In this document: positions 21,770 to 33,200 of the stretch, piece by piece
Position numbering within the stretch: the stretch's first letter is position 1
How the letters are laid out: the number at the start of each line of letters is the position of its first letter
From: a virus
IMG/VR virus record: IMGVR_UViG_3300020165_000035
Coordinates: 1 to 45,296 of that record
Reading direction: 5' to 3' (one strand)
DNA length: 45,296 nt
Program-made: the position numbers and the translations under genes
The notes under the pieces: generated by a model
Seen by the model: only the letters and a program-made list of their open reading frames with translations
Database searches by the model: none
Told to the model about the DNA's origin: nothing

Positions 21770-21772
21770 TTG

Positions 21773-22531
21773 TTAACCTACAAAAAAATCAGGTGGTAAC
21801 TCTTGTTCGATTCTCAATTTCTCTTCTAGTTTTTCTAATTCTGCATTAGCATCTTCAAATATCTGTCTACCGTTAACGGTAACCCCACCTGGTAATTGCA
21901 TGCCCTCAAACTTAGACATGTTAATACCCCATTGTTGTTTGATAGAAGCAGTAAGGTAATTTTTTACAAACATGTCATTAAAAATGCTTGTATGAACAGT
22001 AGGGTCTACTATGGAATATATTTCTGCAACGACATAGTCGCCTACTTGAAGATCCTTGTTAGACCATTCACCCCAAATATACAAACGATCTTGATGCCGT
22101 GACCAAGTAGTTTGCGGAGTGCCTTGAAGCAGTTGATCTAAAAAACTTAGATACTGTTCGAACTGATAGTAGTATGACATTCCACCACCAAAGTTCAAAA
22201 AATCACCCATACTATTCAACATCATTTGATACTTAACATCAAACATTCCGATAGATGACGTGCCTCCAACTTGATTAATCGGAAACATTTGTGAGATATA
22301 AAGAACGTTAGTAGATATTGGGATATATCCATTATCTTTATCTTCCTGAGTAATCAAATGTTTCAGATAAGTTCTGTATGTTGCATCACTATGAAATTCC
22401 TGATACATCTGCAAAGTGTCATCGACCTTGTCTTGTATCTGGTCTTCATCGACATTAATTTCGATTACAGGATCGCCCAACCTACGTAGGCAGTGATCGA
22501 TCAAAGTTTGTCTAGAATTTGGTAACGCCAT
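21773..22531 (-). CDS. gp13: T4-like neck protein
   Basis: PNSRQTLIDHCLRRLGDPVIEINVDEDQI.D...D.LQ.Y.E.H.D, K.QWG.N.SKFEG.QLPGGVT.NG, and a C-terminal ELPPDFFVG. Confidence 0.95.
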   Translation of the reverse strand: MALPNSRQTLIDHCLRRLGDPVIEINVDEDQIQDKVDDTLQMYQEFHSDATYRTYLKHLITQEDKDNGYIPISTNVLYISQMFPINQVGGTSSIGMFDVKYQMMLNSMGDFLNFGGGMSYYYQFEQYLSFLDQLLQGTPQTTWSRHQDRLYIWGEWSNKDLQVGDYVVAEIYSIVDPTVHTSIFNDMFVKNYLTASIKQQWGINMSKFEGMQLPGGVTVNGRQIFEDANAELEKLEEKLRIEQELPPDFFVG

Positions 22532-22549
22532 TTAACTACCCTTTTCGTT

Positions 22550-22557
22550 TATTTATA
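22550..22557 (-). promoter_or_regulatory. T4-type late promoter TATAAATA
   Basis: TATTTATA on + at 22550-22557, overlapping the stop of the 2456-aa gene, 19 nt upstream of gp13. Confidence 0.75.
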
Positions 22558-25500
22558 CGTTACCCCAGAGGACATCCCCTGCTGAATCGTAAATAACCAG
22601 ATTTGCTCCTGCGGCATCTTGTAGTTGAACACCGGTTTGTAATTGCATTTTGTTAGCATCTAGTGACATTTTCAATCCACCAATATCAAATCCAAAAGTA
22701 GATTCGGTTTGGAAAGAATATGATTGAATAGTTCCGCTAATATCAAACAACTGTGAATTATATGTTACTGTATCACCAGCACCGCCCGAAGCATCTAATG
22801 TATTGATAAAATGTCTATGAATAGTTGTGTCCGTAGAAAACATCTTCGTTTCAATAACAGATTTCCAACCAGAAGCATTCCACGCTGCAGTCTTATTATT
22901 ATGAATCTGAATGGGTATTTGCGATGTTTTATTAATCTGAACATCCGCACCAACAGTATCATGAAAAACACTGAACTGTCCGTCTACTCTGACTGAATCC
23001 AGAGCAACCGACATCGTCTGAGTTTTAACACCAGACGAGTAATTATAAAAATTCATTGTGGCAGCAATGTCACCCGCGCTTTGTGTTCCCTCAGCTATTA
23101 CCTTTATTTCTGCGCCTGGTATTGATGCTACAGTTCCATCATTTCCACCAAAGGCGATGGTGCCTAAATTATCACCGCTGACGACAATAGCAGGGTTAAG
23201 TAAATTTGTCCCTCTGTTTTTAGACAAGAATAAATATGGTCCAAGAGCATTAGCACCGTGACGATGAATCTGTAATGCAGCGTTAGTCGCATCATCTCCT
23301 ACAATACCAGTCTTCGATATTACAGGAGTTATGTTATTTACTTTGAATGTATCGACACCGACATTTGCTCTGAAAGCATAACTACCGTCAGTATTAACTA
23401 CTGATAGATAATTATCACTAATCTCAATATCGTTGGTAGTCGTTGACCCAACATCTGTTACTGATTGCAGACTCGGAACATCATACATGTCACTGAAAGC
23501 AGTCTTACTTACAACATCACCGTTGATAGTAAGAACATCAGTGTTAGTAGTTTGAGTGCCAAGGTTCGGTATCGTTAATCCATTACCAAATGAACCAGCA
23601 TCTATCGCAGTTGAGTCTAGTGTGGTGATACCGTCAACTTGTAGACCCATGCCCTGTTGTAGTTTTAATGCGGAATCACCTACTGGACCACTCCAATCTA
23701 TTAAAACTCTTGATTTATCTGTAAAGTTAGGAAATGCTGGGAAACCTGTCCAATCATTAGCAAACCCCATTCTCTGATTATTTCTTTCATACCAAATACC
23801 ATATTGAGCATTGCTAACACCTGGTTGTTGGTGAGTTAAACTGAATCTGGATCCATTACCGCCCCATTGATAAATTGCCGAATCTTCAAGATTGGTATTA
23901 TAATGATTAAAATTGATAGTAGGACCATTGTCTTTTATATACAATGCAGGTCCACCAAGCGTTGGTGGTTTATCTATTGTAAGTGTATCAAAAGTTCTAA
24001 TTTCTTGTGCACGTAACAAAGTACTTACATATGCAGAGTCTGAAATGACAGCAATGTCAGTTGTAAGTTTGGTCTGTCTTCCCGCAGCAGGACCAACAAC
24101 AGAGAGAACCTCTGGATAGTCTCCGCTAAACCCAAGACCATCTGAGAATGCTACATCACCTAAGCGAAGTCTTACTCCACCAAATGCTGCTTCTGAACTT
24201 GTTTTGTCACCAACACTAACCGCATCATGTAACGAAACTTCACCCGAAATACTCGACACAGATCTTCGATATAGTTGTCCAGTAGTAGTATCGATACCTA
24301 TAATAGTATCAATCGTGTTTAAGTCACCGAGTCCACCGAGATAGAAATCCCCTTTAAAATTAACTGCGATACTTGTAGAGTCGATACCGTCTTGACTAAT
24401 ACTAGAACCATATGTTGTAACATCATTAAGATCTTTATTAACTACAACGTTAGTAATGTTACTGATGTTACCACGTTTAACGCTATCGGTATCAGTGTTG
24501 ATTACTAACATCTGTAAGAAATTAGATTGTTCTGGATCAGTTGCGTTCGGATTAGATATGATCGGAGTACCAGGTCCGCGTAAAACTAAACCACCACTTG
24601 TGACAATCTTAGAACTTGTCGAATCACCTTCGTCCGTAACAATTTGTAAAGTCGGATTTAAAAATGCAGCATCAGATAAGGTTCTATAACCTACTTGATT
24701 ACTAACCGAATCATACATTAATGCATCGTCAGTTGAAATTGCTGGCAGATTATTAAGAATCGTAATCGTATTACCCGCAAGCTTCAATGCATCCATAGTG
24801 ATTTCAGCAGTTGTGCTATCACCCCAATTCGTCACTTCTTGTAATGTAACTTGATCTCTGAAAGCGAACGCGCCGACATCTCTATAACCAACACTGTCCT
24901 GTGGACCTATGAACAGCGCATTACCGTCACCTACCGGTGCATATACACTTCCGGTGAACTCTGGGACGCCTGCTATCAGTTTACCAATTTTAATATTATT
25001 GGTTGTCGATGCGTAATTCTCAGATCCTATTAGAACCTGTTGGTTACCTGTAACAAAATCAAGAGTGATATCAGTTTGTGCAAGATTTGCGGCAGTGCCT
25101 AATGTTCTGTAACCTACACTATCGAGTGTTCCTGTTGTATTAAAAACAGGAACAATTAAACTAGTAGAGTAATTGGTAGTACTTGGAAGATTGTCTCTAT
25201 CGATCAATAAACCATTTTGAAAATAAGGTTGATTAATACCAGAAAGAGGACTGTTGTTTAGAACGAATGACCAAGTATAATCTTCTGCGGGTTTGACAGC
25301 ACCGGATTGTAGCGTAACTCGAAAAGCACTATCTGTTCCGCCAACATCAGCAAGCTTTATAACATCGAATGCACCGGTAGGAACCGCAGGAGTGTCTGTT
25401 GTAAGACTGGCAGTAAAACCACCATCTAAATCAAGCGCAGATGTTACATCTATTTGTTGGTTTAAAGTGTTGGATCCTGTTAGTGCTGCTTGATCTAATG

Positions 25501-28500
25501 TAAAATATGTTAATGCAGTATGAGCAGTTGTTTCTACTACTGTTGATACTACACTATCTCCGACCAAACCTAATAAAGTTAATTGGTCGTTTACGTTGAA
25601 AGCAGGGGAAAGTTTTAACCCACCCGTCAAAGTCAATTTGTTAGTAGTAGAAGCACCGTGATCTGTTACATATTGTAACGTGGCAATGTCTAGTATATTA
25701 CCAAGAGTTCTATCTACTACACTATCAAGTGCAGTAAGACCTAATATAACAGTATTATCTGATACTGCATCTGATAAATTAGACGTGCCTACCGTTAATC
25801 CACCGGCACCGATGTTTGCCCTATTTGTATTAAGTCTATCATTTGAATAAGTTAGACTGCCATTATCTTCTAACTCACCGTCTGTTCCTGCTAAAACTAT
25901 TCTAGTCGCAGTTAAATCAGATACTTTGGCGGTTCCTAATGTAGCAGAGTCGCCACTGAATCCCAACGCAACTATTGGTCTGGTTGTAACATAACCTTGA
26001 TCGGTAACGTTCTGTAAAGTTGGATCCGAGAAAGCAGAAGCAGATGCTTCGCGGGTTCCTACTGTCCCGTCTGCGGCAATAGTGACAACAGTAAATTCGG
26101 TACCTTGAGCGGTTAGTCCTGTAACAACCAACCCTGCGTTAGTTGCATCAATCGTAGTAGAGTCTAATGTTGTAATACCACCAACATCAAGATCCGTTGT
26201 GACATTAATATTGGTGGCAGTTAATGTGGTATTACTAAACGTTAAGTCAGCATCGTCTTCTAATTCACCATTAGTTCCAGCAATGACCACCCGACCACTG
26301 GTTAAATCTTCTACTTTAACTGATGAAGCTTCGATGCCAGCATTAGCATCAAGTAAACCGTCAATAGTTGTTTTATCGAGAGTAGTTTCTCCCGTTACAT
26401 CAAATCCTCCAACTATCGAAGTTGAGTCTAATGTTGTAATACCATCAACATCAAAATTTTGTTCGATGTTTACGCCTTTGTTAAAGGACCAGTCATCACT
26501 AACCGCATCGTATTGTATTGTTGCTACACCATCCGACCCTAACGAAAGTGTTATACCGCCTCCGTCAGCATCTTCTTTTTGAGTAGAACCGTCTGCAATC
26601 GTGATATTAATATCATCAACAGAAAGTTCTGTGGAGTTGACAGTAGTGGTTCCACCTTCGACTCTGAGGTTCCCTAATACTACAAGTTCTTGTCTTACGG
26701 TGACAGAATCAAGTGAGGATATACCCGAGACATCAAAATTTGCAACTAAGTTTAAATTAGTTCCATCGAAAGTGAAGTTGGCATCGTCTTCTAATTCACC
26801 AGAAGTTCCTGCGATCACTACCCGATTATCTGTCAGATCGCTCACTGCTGCACTTGCTAATGTTGCTTGGGTGCCAACACTCAAATTAGTCGCAAAGGTA
26901 GCACTATCGGCAGTTATCGCAGAAGTGCCGCCTAAAAGAATATCTAAATTCGAAGTATTACCAACTGTCAATACTTCGTTTAATCCCAAAGCAGACCCAT
27001 CAAGGATTGAACCATCAACTTCTAAAAATTCTACACTGTCTCCCGATGCACCTGATCCGAGATTCAACAGTTTATATGTTGCTTGTGTGTCCGTTGCGTT
27101 TGCTGCGAGAGAGATACCACCATTTAAATACAATGGTGTTGAGGTGACATCATATCCAACAGGTCTCGTAGGATCTGTGACAGTAGTTAATGTTTCGCCT
27201 GTAAAAGCAGTAGATTCAATTGTTCTTCGAGCAACTTCATTAGAACCATCGATTGTTAATACATCTAATGATTCAGTACCTATCAGTCCAGTTAGATTAA
27301 CCGCTCCTACTATCGTGGTAGAGTCTAATGTTGTAATACCACCAACATCAAGTGTACCTACTATTGAAGTTGAGTCTAATGTTGTAATACCATCTACGTT
27401 AAGATTTACACCAACTTGAAGTGCTGTTCCATCGAAAGTAAAATTAGCATCGTCTTCGAGTTCGCCATTAGTTCCAGCAATGACCACCCGACCACTGGTT
27501 AAATCTTCTACTTTAACTGATGAAGCATCAATTCCAGCATTAGCATCAAGTAAACCGTCAATAGTTGTTTTATCGAGAGTAGTTTCTCCCGTTATATCAA
27601 GTGTACCTACTATTGAAGTAGAATCAAGATTCGTTACTCCCTCGACATCAAGGTTGTTGAGTACGTTTAAATCACCATCCGCATCAATTCTTAACCGCTC
27701 TAAATTTCCGGTGAAGAACGACATTGGTTTGGCACTGATACCTCTGAAATTTACCGCACCACTTTCAGTTGTAATTTCTAATACGGTATTATCACCTGTG
27801 TTATCCAGACGTAAAGACACTGGAGTTGTTCGTTCAATCTCCAGTCCTCGTCCACTAAAAAAGGTGGGTGTGCTTGTTCCCATACCAAAGTTTGCTTCGG
27901 CGTTGGAAATTTCGCCATGAAAAAGTGCACCATTCAGATAGACATCGTCGCCATCGACAACGAGTCTTCCGTTAATTGTGGTGGAGTCTAATGTGGTGAG
28001 ACCATCTACGTTAAGATTTACACCAACTTGAAGTGATGTTCCGTCGAAAGTAAGATTAGCATCGTCTTCGAGTTCGCCAGCAGCACCAGAGAACACTACA
28101 CGATCCGTGGTCAAGTCTGTAACGCTTGCGCTTGCAAGAGTTGCCTGAGTAGTTGCTTCTAGGTTTTGGACGGTAGCACTATCCCCCACAAAACCTTGCG
28201 CGATAATTTCTAACGTAGTAGTTCTTCCGCGCTCGGTTGCGGTTTGAAGTGTTGTGTCATCACCGTCCAAGACTTGGTTGTCGAGTTCTCGGAGAATTAC
28301 CTGTCCTTCGCCAGAAGATTTATCGTAGACTAAGAACCTATTAACAGTCTCAGAAGAACCCATTACATCGGAATCTATACGGAGACCAACGCCTATACCA
28401 TCGATGGTCAAACCGCCGACATGTAATGATCTGTTAGTGCTATCACCAAACCCTGAAGCAGAACCAGCATCTACTTGATCGGTTACAGTTTGTAAAGTAT

Positions 28501-29923
28501 CTAATTCGGTGCCCGTAAAAGCAATTGTGTTAAGATTAACGAAACCTACCGAATCATTATCCTGAATAACTAAGACACGATCTTGGTTGCCGTTTCTATT
28601 AGTTTTGTTAGATAGTAATACGTCACCGTTCAAACTAACCTTGCGAGCAGTAGTATCGCCCTTACCTACAACGTAATCAAGAGTTACCAGATCGCCATTG
28701 AAAGCAATATCATCTGCAAGTCGTTTTGCTACAATCGCACTATCACCGCTCGCGGCAAGTTCTGCTACCAGAACATAATTCCCTACGCCATTGGCAAGCG
28801 TCAATCCGGTACCGTTGCCCCGAAGTTTTATGCTGTTACTGAATATTACTGGGTTTCCAGTTTCACCAGCTTCGAACCCATCTTCTGTTCTTCCCGAAAC
28901 ACTGTGTAATGTTTCAAAAGTGGTGTCGAGATTTTCAACCTCAATATCTACAACTTCATATTCTTTTGAGGTTTCGTTCCACGTGACCATTGGAATAAGA
29001 CCAGATGCCGGTAGTGTCGCAACAGTTGGATTTAATACATCAAGTTGCCCAACTCTGATATTACTATTGGTGCTATCGTAAAAAGCAAGATCTCTTAGTG
29101 ACCTGACACCTATTGAATCGTCTATACCATCAATTACCAATGCGTTTCTGTGTGTTACAAAATTGCCTCTTGTTTTAGGTTGTTCGTTGAATTGAAAAAA
29201 CTTAGCATTTAAACCGTATGTGGTAACCGCACCTTTCTGGAAAGAAGAGGTTTGATCGCCCGAAGAAATTGTTTCTTCTACTACTTGTTGTAAAGTAGGT
29301 GCAGTAAAATTAGTAAAATCGAAATTAGTAAAACCGACACTATCCTCTGCACCTTTTACCAGAAGCAGAGTAGATTGAATGCCCTGTATACCAGATACAT
29401 TTACAAGTGAGTTAAGATTTACTTGTCCATCAAATTTTGCCAAACCATCGATTTCCATCGAGTTAGCATCTTCAATTTTTAATCCATAACTGTTAGGAGA
29501 ACTTCCTTCCACACTGCCAAGAGTTTGAATTACAATACCTTGATCAGTAGTGCTTCCAGTAACGGTGACCGTCTGTAACGTAATTTCACTTTCATCGGTG
29601 AAAGCAAGATCACCTAACTTACGATAACCAACGCTATCTGCGTCAGAAGAGGTCGTAGGGTTTCCATTAAGAATTAATGCGTAATCATTATCACCAGCAT
29701 CATTAAGTTCACCATCATCAAACGCAAGACCCTCAAGTTGAGGTCTTTTAGTGAACCCACGAGTACCATCCGCATTGGAAAAGAACAGCGAGTTATCACT
29801 CGCTGGATTACCGGGATTCGGTTCTGCTTGTTCAAGAGACAGGTAAGTATAACGATCATCATCTAACTCATCATTAGATCTCCGAACTATCTTACCACTT
29901 AACGATATGAGTCTTTTAGCCAT
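22553..29923 (-). CDS. Very long repetitive fibre protein (2456 aa) in the gp12/wac syntenic slot upstream of gp13
   Basis: Multiple internal repeat families (TLQxVTxxG, VDGxTTLDSTxI, ELEDDANxTFDG), T/G/D/V-rich composition, and position directly before the neck genes. Confidence 0.75.
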   Translation of the reverse strand: MAKRLISLSGKIVRRSNDELDDDRYTYLSLEQAEPNPGNPASDNSLFFSNADGTRGFTKRPQLEGLAFDDGELNDAGDNDYALILNGNPTTSSDADSVGYRKLGDLAFTDESEITLQTVTVTGSTTDQGIVIQTLGSVEGSSPNSYGLKIEDANSMEIDGLAKFDGQVNLNSLVNVSGIQGIQSTLLLVKGAEDSVGFTNFDFTNFTAPTLQQVVEETISSGDQTSSFQKGAVTTYGLNAKFFQFNEQPKTRGNFVTHRNALVIDGIDDSIGVRSLRDLAFYDSTNSNIRVGQLDVLNPTVATLPASGLIPMVTWNETSKEYEVVDIEVENLDTTFETLHSVSGRTEDGFEAGETGNPVIFSNSIKLRGNGTGLTLANGVGNYVLVAELAASGDSAIVAKRLADDIAFNGDLVTLDYVVGKGDTTARKVSLNGDVLLSNKTNRNGNQDRVLVIQDNDSVGFVNLNTIAFTGTELDTLQTVTDQVDAGSASGFGDSTNRSLHVGGLTIDGIGVGLRIDSDVMGSSETVNRFLVYDKSSGEGQVILRELDNQVLDGDDTTLQTATERGRTTTLEIIAQGFVGDSATVQNLEATTQATLASASVTDLTTDRVVFSGAAGELEDDANLTFDGTSLQVGVNLNVDGLTTLDSTTINGRLVVDGDDVYLNGALFHGEISNAEANFGMGTSTPTFFSGRGLEIERTTPVSLRLDNTGDNTVLEITTESGAVNFRGISAKPMSFFTGNLERLRIDADGDLNVLNNLDVEGVTNLDSTSIVGTLDITGETTLDKTTIDGLLDANAGIDASSVKVEDLTSGRVVIAGTNGELEDDANFTFDGTALQVGVNLNVDGITTLDSTSIVGTLDVGGITTLDSTTIVGAVNLTGLIGTESLDVLTIDGSNEVARRTIESTAFTGETLTTVTDPTRPVGYDVTSTPLYLNGGISLAANATDTQATYKLLNLGSGASGDSVEFLEVDGSILDGSALGLNEVLTVGNTSNLDILLGGTSAITADSATFATNLSVGTQATLASAAVSDLTDNRVVIAGTSGELEDDANFTFDGTNLNLVANFDVSGISSLDSVTVRQELVVLGNLRVEGGTTTVNSTELSVDDINITIADGSTQKEDADGGGITLSLGSDGVATIQYDAVSDDWSFNKGVNIEQNFDVDGITTLDSTSIVGGFDVTGETTLDKTTIDGLLDANAGIEASSVKVEDLTSGRVVIAGTNGELEDDADLTFSNTTLTATNINVTTDLDVGGITTLDSTTIDATNAGLVVTGLTAQGTEFTVVTIAADGTVGTREASASAFSDPTLQNVTDQGYVTTRPIVALGFSGDSATLGTAKVSDLTATRIVLAGTDGELEDNGSLTYSNDRLNTNRANIGAGGLTVGTSNLSDAVSDNTVILGLTALDSVVDRTLGNILDIATLQYVTDHGASTTNKLTLTGGLKLSPAFNVNDQLTLLGLVGDSVVSTVVETTAHTALTYFTLDQAALTGSNTLNQQIDVTSALDLDGGFTASLTTDTPAVPTGAFDVIKLADVGGTDSAFRVTLQSGAVKPAEDYTWSFVLNNSPLSGINQPYFQNGLLIDRDNLPSTTNYSTSLIVPVFNTTGTLDSVGYRTLGTAANLAQTDITLDFVTGNQQVLIGSENYASTTNNIKIGKLIAGVPEFTGSVYAPVGDGNALFIGPQDSVGYRDVGAFAFRDQVTLQEVTNWGDSTTAEITMDALKLAGNTITILNNLPAISTDDALMYDSVSNQVGYRTLSDAAFLNPTLQIVTDEGDSTSSKIVTSGGLVLRGPGTPIISNPNATDPEQSNFLQMLVINTDTDSVKRGNISNITNVVVNKDLNDVTTYGSSISQDGIDSTSIAVNFKGDFYLGGLGDLNTIDTIIGIDTTTGQLYRRSVSSISGEVSLHDAVSVGDKTSSEAAFGGVRLRLGDVAFSDGLGFSGDYPEVLSVVGPAAGRQTKLTTDIAVISDSAYVSTLLRAQEIRTFDTLTIDKPPTLGGPALYIKDNGPTINFNHYNTNLEDSAIYQWGGNGSRFSLTHQQPGVSNAQYGIWYERNNQRMGFANDWTGFPAFPNFTDKSRVLIDWSGPVGDSALKLQQGMGLQVDGITTLDSTAIDAGSFGNGLTIPNLGTQTTNTDVLTINGDVVSKTAFSDMYDVPSLQSVTDVGSTTTNDIEISDNYLSVVNTDGSYAFRANVGVDTFKVNNITPVISKTGIVGDDATNAALQIHRHGANALGPYLFLSKNRGTNLLNPAIVVSGDNLGTIAFGGNDGTVASIPGAEIKVIAEGTQSAGDIAATMNFYNYSSGVKTQTMSVALDSVRVDGQFSVFHDTVGADVQINKTSQIPIQIHNNKTAAWNASGWKSVIETKMFSTDTTIHRHFINTLDASGGAGDTVTYNSQLFDISGTIQSYSFQTESTFGFDIGGLKMSLDANKMQLQTGVQLQDAAGANLVIYDSAGDVLWGNV
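26271..26397. repeat. 127-nt intragenic duplication, copy 1 (copy 2 at 27468-27594)
   Basis: Aligned by eye: 124/127 identical, offset 1197 nt (in frame). Confidence 0.85.
27372..27467. repeat. 96-nt intragenic duplication (partner at 27984-28079)
   Basis: Encodes GELEDDANxTFDGTxLQVGVNLNVDGxTTLD. About 6 mismatches between copies, by eye. Confidence 0.8.
27468..27594. repeat. 127-nt intragenic duplication, copy 2
   Basis: Matches 26271-26397 with 3 mismatches. Confidence 0.85.
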
Positions 29924-30287
29924 TTAACGATTCCAAGAAACTTAATGTCAGTTGGAGTTTACCCGCCGACTCTGCCCAAATTGCGATTTGGTTTCCTTCT
30001 TGCACAATCAATTTTCCTGTTAAAGAACCAACAGCATCGAATGCTTGACATGCAAAATCTTTTACTAGAAATGTAGTTGTATCTGTTCCCGCATCGTGAT
30101 GAACAAAATTAAAATCCCACGTCTGAGTATTATCTATATTGGTAATCTGTGCCATCAAAACAATTGCCGTGATGCCAGCAGGGACCGTGTATACTACATC
30201 TGTACCACGTGCTTTGATGGCATCAGTAGGATCTTTTGCCTGTATGATATAGGTTTTAGTTTTAAATGTATTTAATGGAGTTGCCAT
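29916..30287 (-). CDS. Small beta-rich virion protein (123 aa)
   Basis: MATPLNTFKTK...VYTVPAGITAIVLMAQITN. Tightly packed between the two giant fibre genes and overlapping the next start. Confidence 0.7.
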   Translation of the reverse strand: MATPLNTFKTKTYIIQAKDPTDAIKARGTDVVYTVPAGITAIVLMAQITNIDNTQTWDFNFVHHDAGTDTTTFLVKDFACQAFDAVGSLTGKLIVQEGNQIAIWAESAGKLQLTLSFLESLNG

Positions 30288-30288
30288 C

Positions 30289-33200
30289 TTATCCCTCTAA
30301 TGCTAGAATATAAGGTGTTAATACTGCGAACAAAGATCTATCGAAAGTCGTCCCTGTAATTGTTCCCGACTCACGGTTGATGGTTAAATCGCCACCAATT
30401 CGGAAGTCGCCTAATTCGTCTGTTGCTGTAAAGTAAACCAAACCAAAGTTAGGTTGTGCTGCATCCGCAGAATCAAAAACTACTTCTAAATCTTTCTTAG
30501 GAATACCACCGTTTTGTGGAACCGCCGCAAACATGTTAGTACCGGATCCCACAAATTCAAAGGTGTGAGAAGAAGCACTAATCAAAGATCTTTGATGAAA
30601 GTTCGATGTTTGTTCCCCTTTCATGTTTTTATTTAGGGGCGGAGCAATCGTTATATCGTAAGAACCTGTCTCTGGAAGGATAGAACTGTAAGTAAATGCT
30701 GCACCCCGGTAAGGAATGGATACGTCAGCAGTTCGCTCTGGTGCGCTAATAGCAAGATAGTCTGCACTTCCTCCAACTGCAACCCCTTCACCAAACCTGT
30801 CATCATTAAAGCTGGCATTAGTATCACCATTGAATTGTCGGTTTTGAGGTCTAAGAATATTAACCTCAGTCCAATTAGTGCCACCACGTTCGAATATATA
30901 TGCCCCAACAGTGTCGTTCGCAACTTCTGAGGCACTACTTCTGTTCGCTCCGACTACTACAATATCACCTTTATCATTGATATCAATAGAACGTCCCATC
31001 CTAGTACCTTCTCTACCATCAGAAGGATACAGAGTTTCTTGATGCGTCCAATTACCTTCTTTAAAAGCAAACATGTCTACGCCACCAGTCTCATCGGTGT
31101 AACCAAAGACATAGTTTGAACCGTCCCATGTACCAATATTAGGTGAACTAATGGTTAATTGATTTGATGCTGGAATATTAATAACAGTAGTCCCATCTGT
31201 CAAGTTAGCATCTCTGTCTTCATAGTTTGCATTTTCAAATGATCCAGAATATAAAGTTTGTCCGATTGTAAATTTTTCTGCACTATCGACTAAAATATTT
31301 GACACGCCTACACTAGATGCTTGTGCGCGAGAGACAACCGTATTACCCGAAGTAGGATTAGCAAATGCCGCATATGTAGCATCAGGATTCATTGCCACGA
31401 TGTGATCAGAGATCGTTCCATTATTTTGAAACTGTGGTAAACTAATGTTCTGCGAGATACTGTAAGTTCCGAATTGATTCTTAGTATAGTAGTATGCAAC
31501 ATCTCCTCTCCAAGCAGCAAGTATACTACCACCGTCATTGCTTATTGCCGTCGAAGGAGCAAAAGAAGCAGTTCCTTTGGGGAAGAGTAATTTCTGGGCA
31601 AAGGTGAACCCATCAGGGTCTAATGCGGAGTCTCTGTTAAAAACGTGAATCGCACCGCTAATAAAGTTTGTGTCAGAATCAAATTTATTAGAAATACAAA
31701 TAGTATTCCCGTCACCCGATATTGATGTTCTCTTTCCAAATTGTCTGGTTTGTCCATTTTTAGTAGGAGACGATGATACTGAATCTTCGAGGAAATGGGT
31801 TTGCGACCAAGTAGAACCATCCTTCTCGAAAACATAAGCAGCACCATGCAAGGTAGTCGTGTCACTATAACCTGTAACATATCGTGCATTCTCTGCACCG
31901 GTAACAACTACTTTGCCGTCAGCACTTATTCCGGATTGTTCTGGCGCATAACCAAAAGAACTTCCCGTCCCATTGTTTATTGGGTTAACAGGGGCGATAG
32001 ACTGAACAAACTGCCAAGTCTTAGATCCTTCTGCTCGTTCCCAAAACTCTTGATATGATGCGTCTCTATTTGCCCAAGTAAGTGTAGTGTCATCGCTCGA
32101 CATAGCAATACCAGCACTGTGATAATTCCCTCTGGGCGTGTCACCGGTTTCGTATACGATCTGATCAGTGTTACCACTAACACCCCAGTTCTGCAAAATC
32201 TCATCGGACACATCTAAAACGGTGTAGTAGTAATTATCGGAATCAAATTTAATCGCATCATTATAATTAGGTTTCTTAAAATCACCTAATTGTAAAGAGT
32301 AATTTGCGGCATCGGTGTTTGTGATTCCGTTGATACGAATAATGTCATCATTCAAATTGTAATCGGCATGTAAAGAACCATTGTAAATTGATTCGGAACC
32401 ACCGGTTGAAACCAAACCACGGTCACCAAAAGAAGAGTTCGAGTTCGTAACAGAACATTGCCCACCCGTTTCAGCAAGAATAGATGTTGAGGTAGAAATC
32501 GTGAAACAAGACACTAACTGAGCATATGCACGATTGGTTAAGTGAACACCAATACCGTCTGCATTAAACTGTGTGAACGCATCAAGCACCATTGATCGTA
32601 GACCAGACACCTTAGAACCATCGATCTTCATACCAATACCCGATGTTGTCAACGAAGTACAGTTTTGTACATATGGTGATTGGGTAATGAACGGACCTGT
32701 GATCGCATCGTTTCTCGGATCGAATGCTACACAAGCAGCACCGTTCTGATGGTCGCGGAAAGTAACCTCTTTCACATAACAACCATTGTCAACCCAGAAA
32801 ATATCACTATCTACATTACGTGGGCGAATTGTAGTTGCCCTCAAAGCATCACCAATGATAGAAGTCTTAGGTGGGAGTTTGATCGGATTGTTAACAGTGT
32901 AGTCACCAGACTTCAAAAAGATAGTAGTATCGGTCCCTTGGTTCTGAGCAGTCTCGGATGACTGACGAATAATAGTCTGTCTTTCTGGTGTCGGGACACT
33001 ACTTAAAGTAATGCCCTGCTCGAACTTAGACCATGCGGTATAGATCTCGGGTGTTGTCGTAGAAATCCCTATACTAACAAGGTCTGGAAACACTAACGAA
33101 TCGTAACCTACTGCAAGTCCTGTCGGGTAGTTGTATTGGTAGATAGCAGTTCCGTTAAAGAAATCACCTAATTGGAAAGTTCCTATACTAGATTGCTCAA

